DNA of 64,000 bases from an uncultured virus (IMG/VR IMGVR_UViG_3300022833_000006) (taxonomy: Duplodnaviria; Heunggongvirae; Uroviricota; Caudoviricetes; Crassvirales): IMG/VR virus record IMGVR_UViG_3300022833_000006. One strand, written 5' to 3'. How positions within the stretch are numbered: position 1 is the stretch's first letter; each line of letters begins with the position of its first letter. Under the pieces are notes generated by a model. The model was not told the origin of the DNA, did not search any database, and saw only the letters and a program-made list of their open reading frames with translations. Shown in pieces: positions 56,537 through 64,000 of the stretch. The translations under genes were made by a program, and so were the position numbers.

Positions 56537-57497
56537 TGTAAATTTTTTCTTTAATTATTTTTATAAGTTTTTTATATTGAGTATCTGTGCTTGTTGATCG
56601 TTTTCCATAATTAGGATTTGCTGTAATATAAACTTTAGCAATATCCATTAATGAAAGTACAGGTTTATTATACAAAAGATATTCTTCTGCTTTACCTGTG
56701 TCATAAAACCATAATCTATTTTTAGGTAGTTGAGTTTCATAACTTACTTGATATGTTTTAGCAATTATACAATCAGCACCATTAGATTGTGGAGCTACAC
56801 CATATAAAGTTAAATCATTAGAATTTGAATAAATTTTAAAACTGTCTTCTGTAGTAAACAATAATTTAGGTTTATTATCTTCAATATATTTAAAAGCAGC
56901 TTTTTTAGTTGAAAAATATTTAACATTATTTAAATCACCTTTCCATTTAAACATAGATGTAACTATACCTTTATTAATCCAACAACATTTATCATCTTTA
57001 TATATATCAACTCCATCTTCAGTTTTAAACAATGATTTTTTAATATGAGAAATATTACTTAACCCTTGTGTATAGTAATCAAAAAATATTATAATATCTA
57101 AATTATTGTTTGTTTTAAATTTTTCTATTTTTCCATTAGCTATATGACCTTTAATGTCATCTCCAACAGTAAATATTTCACCATCAGATAACCTTTTAAT
57201 TGATTGTATATCATATAAATGTAAAGTTCTTAAATCAATTACTTTTGTATAAAAAAATTTATTTTCTTTATGTTTAACGCATATTATCTCATAACTTTTT
57301 ATTTTTTCTTGTTTAATTTCAGAATTTATTAATTCCCAATATAATGGATTATTTTCAATAGATGATTTACCAAAATACAAAAGATAAAAAAAACCTTCTG
57401 GAAAGTAAACTAAATTATCTCTTTTATTACTTATTATTGAACCTATTTCAAGCTTTCCACAACCTGGATACCATTGTTTTAATTTATATCTTTTCAT
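56523..57497 (-). CDS. hypothetical protein with an internal duplication
   Basis: LFKTEDGVDIY...YIEDNKP and LFTTEDSFKIY...YLLYNKP. Confidence 0.65.
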   Translation of the reverse strand: MKRYKLKQWYPGCGKLEIGSIISNKRDNLVYFPEGFFYLLYFGKSSIENNPLYWELINSEIKQEKIKSYEIICVKHKENKFFYTKVIDLRTLHLYDIQSIKRLSDGEIFTVGDDIKGHIANGKIEKFKTNNNLDIIIFFDYYTQGLSNISHIKKSLFKTEDGVDIYKDDKCCWINKGIVTSMFKWKGDLNNVKYFSTKKAAFKYIEDNKPKLLFTTEDSFKIYSNSNDLTLYGVAPQSNGADCIIAKTYQVSYETQLPKNRLWFYDTGKAEEYLLYNKPVLSLMDIAKVYITANPNYGKRSTSTDTQYKKLIKIIKEKIYNDKN

Positions 57498-57539
57498 TAT
57501 TTTATTTTTTTATTATTAATATTTAAAAACTATTAAAAA

Positions 57540-58082
57540 TTATAAATTATAATCTCTATCAAAACTACCAAACATTACTCTATTAATAAGAGGAGCATTA
57601 TCATCATTTACTGAAAATTTATTTAGAGATTTCATATTCATAGAAAACATTATTAAAGTCATGTCTGAAGCATTACTGTTTTTATATTTAAGTTTAAAGT
57701 TAACAATATAATTTTTGCTAAATAATTCTACTATTCTGTCATAATATCTAGAATTAATATCTACTAATATCATTTTTTTACTTAAATAAGAACAACAAGT
57801 ATCAAGAAATTTACTAACAAAAATGTCATCACAATTTAATAAGATTTGACTATTAAATATACTTCCCCATTGACAATTTTTAGTAGGTGATTTAATTATT
57901 CTAATTACACCACCTCTAGTTTCTATTTCTTTATAAATAGAATCTCCTCTATTGGAAGTTAATTTATTTAGTTTCATACTAAGTATTTCTATTTTTTGAC
58001 AATCTTTTTCATGTGAAGATTTTTTAATTAAAATGCAATCTTTTGCAAAAATTCTAATTAACCATTTTATAAATTTTTCCAT
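57540..58082 (-). CDS. hypothetical protein (paralog of 55639..56262)
   Basis: Shared NCQ, VDINS and N(A/G)SDM.LI.F motifs. Confidence 0.65.
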   Translation of the reverse strand: MEKFIKWLIRIFAKDCILIKKSSHEKDCQKIEILSMKLNKLTSNRGDSIYKEIETRGGVIRIIKSPTKNCQWGSIFNSQILLNCDDIFVSKFLDTCCSYLSKKMILVDINSRYYDRIVELFSKNYIVNFKLKYKNSNASDMTLIMFSMNMKSLNKFSVNDDNAPLINRVMFGSFDRDYNL

Positions 58083-58564
58083 AATTCTTCTATTGTTTTA
58101 GGTATGTAATTTATGTTTTCAGCACATACATTAATATATCTTTTATCTTTTAAAGTATTTTTATGAACATGACCATGAATGTTATAATTAATTCTATGTT
58201 CAAGTTCCTGTGGGTGTACAGGGCAATGAGTAAGCCATATGTTGCCATATTTTTTATGACGTAATTTAACCATGCCGTGAATAGAGTTTACATAATTTAC
58301 AAGAGTTGATTTCACATGATTTCCCATATCATGATTACCTAATACAATACGTTTTATTCCATTTAACCTATTTAATATTTCATAATTAGCTTTTTCCATT
58401 GTTATGTCACCAAGTATCCATGTTGTATCATGTTTTCTTACTGTTTTATTCCACTCTTCTATTATATGCTCATCATGATAAAATTCATCATGAAAACCTC
58501 TCATTGTAGCCATACTTTTATGACCAAAATGTGGATCAGATATATATCTTATTACACTTGACAT
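58067..58564 (-). CDS. calcineurin-like metallophosphoesterase
   Basis: SDPHFGH, LGD, GNHD, THCP and HGHVH motifs; start set at ATG 58564. Confidence 0.88.
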   Translation of the reverse strand: MSSVIRYISDPHFGHKSMATMRGFHDEFYHDEHIIEEWNKTVRKHDTTWILGDITMEKANYEILNRLNGIKRIVLGNHDMGNHVKSTLVNYVNSIHGMVKLRHKKYGNIWLTHCPVHPQELEHRINYNIHGHVHKNTLKDKRYINVCAENINYIPKTIEELWKNL

Positions 58565-58878
58565 GCCATTCCAAAAATTATACCAATAAAAATACATATT
58601 ACACCAGTTATTAAATACACAAAAAAATTAATAGTAACTAAATCTGTGCCTGAAGTTATTTGAGCATTATAATATTGATTTTTTTTTGTTTTATAATACA
58701 AAGTATTACCTTCTTCATAAGCAATAATTGTATCACCTATAGTTTCTATTTGATTAATTCTTTCTGCAACATTTTTTCTTTGTTGTTCATTAAAATGACC
58801 TGATGTAAATGGTGCTGTTGAATCATTACATGATGATAGTGTTAATCCTAAAATTAAGATTATTATAAATTTTTTCAT
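58552..58878 (-). CDS. putative lipoprotein with a C-terminal TM helix
   Basis: MKKFIIILILGLTLSSC lipobox; hydrophobic C-terminus. Confidence 0.65.
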   Translation of the reverse strand: MKKFIIILILGLTLSSCNDSTAPFTSGHFNEQQRKNVAERINQIETIGDTIIAYEEGNTLYYKTKKNQYYNAQITSGTDLVTINFFVYLITGVICIFIGIIFGMACQV

Positions 58879-58889
58879 AGTTTGTTTTT

Positions 58890-58915
58890 AAAACCCACCT
58901 ATTTCTAGATGGGTT
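58890..58915 (-). terminator. stem-loop / terminator on the - strand
   Basis: Minus strand AACCCATCTA-GAAA-TAGGTGGGTT followed by a short T run. Confidence 0.6.
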
Positions 58916-58922
58916 GTTTTGT

Positions 58923-59240
58923 TTAATTTTCGTATTCACAAAGATAAGCTAATTTAGCATAATTTATCATATCTTCATATGAATCAAGTAAACTTTCGTT
59001 AGTTGGATCTTTGTTATCTTTTTTAAGATTGTTAATTCTTGATAATTTAAGTATAATCATTAACATTGCATATCCTTCTGGAGTACCAACATTAATATTT
59101 AACGTATTAACTACTGATGATACTTGTTTAAAGTTAGATAATACATCTTCATCTGCATAATCTTTACCTTTAGAGCTCATAATACTTAATGTTTTAGCAT
59201 CAAGTTCTCTTATTAATTTAATTTGTGTTCCTTTTATCAT
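58923..59240 (-). CDS. DUF1599 / Nmad1-like nucleotide-modification-associated protein
   Basis: KGKDYA..D.LSNF...KLSRI...ESLLDSYEDMINYA pattern. Confidence 0.6.
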   Translation of the reverse strand: MIKGTQIKLIRELDAKTLSIMSSKGKDYADEDVLSNFKQVSSVVNTLNINVGTPEGYAMLMIILKLSRINNLKKDNKDPTNESLLDSYEDMINYAKLAYLCEYEN

Positions 59241-59530
59241 TAATATAATATATAACCTATGATAACACCAATAACACTACCACATGCAGCACCACTAGCA
59301 TACCAAATTCTGTTTAGCAAACTTCCGAATGCCACTTTTTTTACATTAAAAGACCATAATAAAGATATTAAAAATCCTATAATAAATATTCCTATTAGAA
59401 TTATAAAATCTTGTTTTTTAACAAATGCTGCTATTTGATATGTATTTAAACATACTAGTATAACTTGCAAAAAGCCAGTTAAAAATAATTCTGCATTAGG
59501 GTATTTTTTTATTAAATCTTTAATTTTCAT
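59240..59530 (-). CDS. small membrane protein (3 TM)
   Basis: Three hydrophobic helices. Confidence 0.7.
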   Translation of the reverse strand: MKIKDLIKKYPNAELFLTGFLQVILVCLNTYQIAAFVKKQDFIILIGIFIIGFLISLLWSFNVKKVAFGSLLNRIWYASGAACGSVIGVIIGYILY

Positions 59531-60707
59531 TTTTTAAGTATTTTATGCATTCATTTACATTTTCATGATTAATAATATTATAAGATTTAAAATTTCCTAT
59601 AAATTTAGCTAACCATTTTTCTTCTTGTGTGTTTTTTGTAACTATTATAAAAGCTTTACCTTTAGTGTCACCTATACGTCTATGTCTACCCATTTTTTGT
59701 ACAGCACCTAATGATTTACTATAATAAGACATCATAATAAGGTTTTCCATACCTTGAATAGTAGCACCTTGTTCTAGCATTTTAAAACTAGCAATTACAT
59801 TTTCCTTACCTGTTTCAAACTGATTTCTAATAAAGTTATTTTTCTTTTCATTATTACGTGAAGAAATAACATTATTAGTAACAGTTAATAAACTATCAAT
59901 AGAATTACCAAAAATTAATACATTATTAAGATGAGGTAATAATTTATTAATTAATACAGTTTTACTAGGTAAATTATATAGTAATCTACTTCTACCTCCA
60001 ATAGCTAATCTAGCAAATAAATCTTTTTTTTCAGGACCAGCAAACATGCTTTGTCCTAATTTTTTATTTCAGTATTTGTAAGATTCTTCTTCTGTTTGAT
60101 AAAAAGGTTTAGCTTTATTACCGCTCTTAACAGACTTCTTTACAATGTCTAATTCATTGTAAATGATATGTATGTCCACTTCTCTATTAATATCGTTTAT
60201 ACGAGCTTTATCTAAGCTATACGTGTAACATACAGGTGCATATTTATCTAAATATTGACCTTTAGTAACAATTATACCTCCATCTTCGTATTCAACTGTT
60301 CTATCAATAGTAGCAGATAAACCTAAAACTGCTTTTGCTTTGTTAAATTTATGAAACTGCACATAAGAAGAAGTAAGTTGCATGTGAATTTCGTCACAAC
60401 CTACTAATCCAAATGATTTATTTCTTCATTTGTAAACTGTTTGATAACAATAAAACTTAAGATTATAAGTATTCATTGTTTCTTTATTAAATTTTTCATC
60501 AAAAGCTTTAATAGAATTTAGTAAATCTATTTTTCTTGCTGTTGTTTCTGCTAAAAACAAATGAATATCATCATTAACATTCATCGTATGTAATGCATGT
60601 AAAAATACAAACATTTTACCTAATGATGTTGCAAGACAAACAGTTCCTTTTTTATTAACAATTCATTTTATTAAAGCTTCTTTTTGGATTTTATCTCTTT
60701 TATCCAT
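59520..60707 (-). CDS. superfamily 2 DExH helicase-like protein (395 aa if 3 in-frame TGA are read as Trp)
   Basis: Three ORF-track fragments plus an upstream 14-codon start share one frame, separated only by TGA at 60663-65, 60426-28 and 60069-71; motifs ATSLGK, DEIH, LSAT, EQGATI, QKMGRHRR. Confidence 0.85.
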
Positions 60708-60743
60708 GTTTATGCTTATTAATTTTAATATGAAAATTTATAA

Positions 60744-60917
60744 TTAATTTCAGTAACTGTTTAAGCCTACTGTTTTTAAAGCTATAAATTGATCTACATC
60801 GTGAATATAATACAAAACTTTTTCTGATTCTGATTTTTGATTCGTTACCCATTTGTAAAAATCTATCCATAATAAATTGTGTTGTTTTAGTTTTTCAACT
60901 ATTTCCTTTTTTTCCAT
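60744..60917 (-). CDS. small hypothetical protein (MEKKEIVEKL...)
   Basis: Read manually; ends TAC TGA AAT TAA, so 55 aa, or 57 aa if TGA=Trp. Confidence 0.55.
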
Positions 60918-60964
60918 AATCTAATTACCACCATCCCACCCAGCCTTTAAGCTAATTTAATTTA

Positions 60965-62599
60965 TTAACTATGACATGAATCACAGTCATTTATTTCTCT
61001 TGCAAAACTTTGTGCTGCGCTTTGACTAAATTGATAATACAAGGTCTTTACTCCTGATTCCCAAGCATACATATAGAGTTTATTTATCTCTTTTGCTGGT
61101 ACTGAAGGGTGTATCATTAAATTTAATGATTGTGATTGATCAATATATTTTTGTCTTTGTGCTGCTTGTAACACAAGTTCTCTTGGTGAAATTTCAATAA
61201 ACGATTTAAATACTTCCTTTGTAGGAAAATCTAAATGTTGAACACTACCATCATTATCAAGAATACTATTCCATGTTTCTGGTGTATCAAGATTGTACTG
61301 TTGGAGTTGCGCTCTCAACATTTCGTTCTTGTATACAGTTTTAGCTTTAGCTAAATCTTTTATAAAATAATTAGATTTTATTGGTTCAATACCCATACTA
61401 ACCTGTCCTAATATATATGATGAGCTTTTAGTTGGTGCAATTGCCATTACCGTTGTATTAGCATATCCTTCTCGTATAGATTTTTTTCCTAAAAAATCAT
61501 GACACCATTTACTTGCTTTTTGTGATCTTTCATTTATTTCTTTAAATATTACATTATTCCAATATTTAGCCTTTATACTATCAACTTCTAATAATTCACT
61601 TTGCAGAAATGAATGCCAACCTAGTACGCCAAGCCCGATGGCTCTATGGTTTTTAGCAAATCTCCAAGCTCTCTTCATACCAGGAAGGTGCTCAGATTTT
61701 ATGATAAAGTCATCTATTACTGCATTAAGGAATTGAATATAAGTTTCTACAGCATCAGTCTTCTCAATTTCTTTCCAATGAAGTAAATTGATACTACCTA
61801 AACAACAAACAAAACTGTTGTAACTGTCCTGTGGTAGCTGTATTTCCGAACAAAGATTACTAGCTTTAATATCTAGTCCTAATTCTTTGTATGGACTATT
61901 GTTATTGGAATTGTCTTTAAACATAATATATGGAAAACCAAAATCTTTACGTTTCTGTATAATTTTAGCCCATATTTTTCTTTTATCAGTATCACTTTCT
62001 TTCATAGAATTCATCCACGCATCCGTGACCGTGACTCCAAATTGAAGATTCTGAATTGGATTTCCTTCGTCACCAATTCTAAGGAACTCCATTATGTCTT
62101 CATGCTCTACTGGTAGGTATAAAGCACAAGCTCCTCTTCTTGATTCACCTTGTTTACATTTATCTATAATTGTATCATAGATTTTTGCATAGTGAACAGG
62201 TCCATCCGCATTCCCACCACCTGAGATTGACGAACCGCGTTTTCTAATGTTACCTAAGTACATGGATGTTCCACCACCGTATTTAGACATCATACCTATT
62301 TCTCTTGCTCCATTTAGAATACTATCCATCGTATCATCAATGTCAGATCCGTAACAACTTATAGGTAAAGTTTTTTCATATCCAAAATTACACCATACAG
62401 GAGTTGACAAACTATAATAACCTAAAGCCATATAGTTTTCAAATTTTTCAGCTCAGCCTTTTACTCCTAGTATTCTTTCTGCGTGATTTGCTATGTCTTT
62501 AATTCTTTGCTCTGGAGATACCCCTTCTCTTAAGTATCCACGAGAAAGAAATTTTCTTGACTCTTCGTTAAGCCAATAATATCTATCTGTTTTATTCAT
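60965..62599 (-). CDS. nrdA: class I ribonucleotide reductase alpha subunit (544 aa with one TGA=Trp; no ATP cone evident)
   Basis: PISC, GGG, RRGA, SNLCSEI, CCLGS, APT.SSS, IDQSQS, KTLYY and C-terminal CxxC; upstream frame open to ATG 62599 across TGA 62453-55. Confidence 0.92.
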
Positions 62600-62652
62600 T
62601 TAATTTTTATATAACATTAATGACTATATTAACATAACCATTAATAGTTTTG

Positions 62653-63627
62653 TTAGAACAAGTCGTCCTCTGTTATACTTTCTGATTTTTTGTTATAATC
62701 AATACTTTTTTTATAAAAGAAATCACTTTCTTTGGTTGATTTAATTTCAACGTCAAACCACATTGTACTTTCTAACTTTTGAGTTTGGACCTCAAAAGCT
62801 TTACTCATTCCAATGCTTTCTAAACTGTTATTAAACCTGTTTTTAATAAATTCAGTAATTGTTTCCTTTGATAAGAAATCTAGTTCACCTTTTTCAAAAA
62901 TCCAATCCAAAACTTTACACTCGGCTTCAAGAGCCTTAACGCATGCAGATTTAATTATTTCTTCAAATTCTTTATCAAACCATTCAGGGTTTTCTTTTTT
63001 AATAATATTAATTAATTCAATACCAAAATTACCATGTACATCTTCTTCCTTGCTGGTTGCTTCTACTATATTTGACACTCCTTTAAATAAATTTAATTCT
63101 TTATTAAATGACATCATTATCAGAAACTGGCTAAATAAAGAAACGTGTTCTATAAATAGACTAAATAAAAGGATAGATTTTGTATACATCTTATCACTTT
63201 TACTTCTAGTTCCATCAAGGTATTTACTAAGATAAGAAATCCTATCTTTAATAGCTGGTACATCGGTAATTGTTTCAAATTCACTTTCTAAGCCAAGAAC
63301 TTCAAGTAAGTGTTTATAAGCATCAAAGTGCCTAGCTTCACTCTCACTAAATGTAGCTCCTACTGATTGAATTTCATATTTTGGTAGACGTTTATACAGA
63401 TCACCCCAAAACGCTTTCACGTTAACTTCTATCTGAGCAATTGCAAGCATGGATCGCTTGATTGCTTCACGTTGACTGTCTGTAACTTTAGTCATAAAAT
63501 CAGAAATGTCTTCTGTAATATTAAACTCAGTATGAATTCAGTATGAATGCCTTATTGCATTTTTATATTTAAGTAATTCGGGATACTCATAAGGTAACAC
63601 GTTTTTTCTTTTTTTAAATATATTCAT
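62653..63627 (-). CDS. nrdB: ribonucleotide reductase beta subunit (324 aa with one TGA=Trp)
   Basis: QIE, ESEARH..AY, EHVSLFSQF, KEEDVH di-iron ligands, DFF and C-terminal DLF; N-terminus PYEYP...AIRHSY[TGA]IHTEFN from ATG 63627. Confidence 0.93.
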
Positions 63628-63839
63628 TAAATTAGATTTTTAATAAAGTTATTTCTTCTTGTTACTGCTTCTTGTAGAGTTTTTCCTATACCTACATAAA
63701 AGCTTGTTGCTTTAGAATTATCTTTTACATTGACTCTAATTTCAAAATTACCAGTGTTTGTTCTTTTAGTAATTCCTTTAAATCCAGTGTTTGTTTTAAT
63801 TTTATTCATTTTTCTATCTTTTACCGTTTTGTTAAGCAT
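63627..63839 (-). CDS. standalone AP2-like DNA-binding domain protein
   Basis: NTGFKGIT.R..TG.F..RV......YVG...T..EA...R matches the AP2 pattern. Confidence 0.55.
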   Translation of the reverse strand: MLNKTVKDRKMNKIKTNTGFKGITKRTNTGNFEIRVNVKDNSKATSFYVGIGKTLQEAVTRRNNFIKNLI

Positions 63840-63999
63840 CTTTTACAAATACTCCATTTTGCATTTTACCAGTTCTTTTACTTATAATATTATAAGCACC
63901 TTCAAGGCAATCTGTTAAATTTACATTTTGTAATTCTGCTTGTAAAATGATTGTTACCAAAATATCACCAAGGGCGTCATTGATTTCTTCTTTATCATT
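63832..63999 (-). CDS. MazG-like family protein (partial, start outside the window)
   Basis: Read manually: ...EEINDALGDILVTIILQAE..NVNLTDCLEGAYNIISKRTGKMQNGVFVKDA*. Confidence 0.75.
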   Translation of the reverse strand, partial: NDKEEINDALGDILVTIILQAELQNVNLTDCLEGAYNIISKRTGKMQNGVFVKDA

Positions 64000-64000
64000 T

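Noticed and set aside
62453..63540. Selenocysteine insertion at the TGA codons
   Set aside because: The positions correspond to Trp or aromatic residues, not Cys, and no SECIS-like hairpin is evident
59520..63627. Pseudogenisation or G-to-A hypermutation as the explanation for the fragmented helicase, nrdA and nrdB
   Set aside because: All five interruptions are TGA, with no TAG, TAA or frameshift, and RNR catalytic residues are intact; disfavoured but not formally excluded
60965..63627. Introns or inteins in the RNR genes (or in terL)
   Set aside because: Frames are continuous across the TGAs, lengths are normal and no intein or endonuclease motifs were seen
1..64000. CRISPR array, rRNA, suppressor tRNA, integrase
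   Set aside because: None recognised by eye; intergenic gaps are short. A suppressor tRNA may lie outside the window

Overview
This window is about 64 kb of a very AT-rich crAss-like phage (Crassvirales; gene order like Cellulophaga phage phi14:2 / crAss001). The host is probably a Bacteroidota (Flavobacteriia-like): promoters match TTG/TTAG-N20-TAnnTTTG and leaders are A-rich with no obvious Shine-Dalgarno. The + strand (about 275-55580) carries small genes, GroEL, PhoH, a GroES-like gene, TerL, portal, major capsid protein, ring/tail proteins, tail fibres and a lysis cassette. It continues with a moron-like RNase H-fold nuclease, the muzzle protein and giant ejected cargo proteins, including a virion RNA polymerase (DFDID) and a zincin-containing protein. 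A bidirectional terminator at about 55600 separates this from a convergent - strand arm: MazG-like proteins, a metallophosphoesterase, an SF2 helicase and ribonucleotide reductase alpha and beta. Main finding: the helicase, nrdA and nrdB are broken only by in-frame TGA codons at Trp or aromatic-compatible positions. This implies TGA=Trp recoding or readthrough restricted to nucleotide-metabolism/replication genes, while the 55 kb structural arm shows no internal TGA. Second finding: the virion RNAP has a C-terminal extension with a DUF4326-like and a NADAR-like domain, delimited by a 21-bp direct repeat. All family assignments come from motif recognition and synteny; no database search was run.
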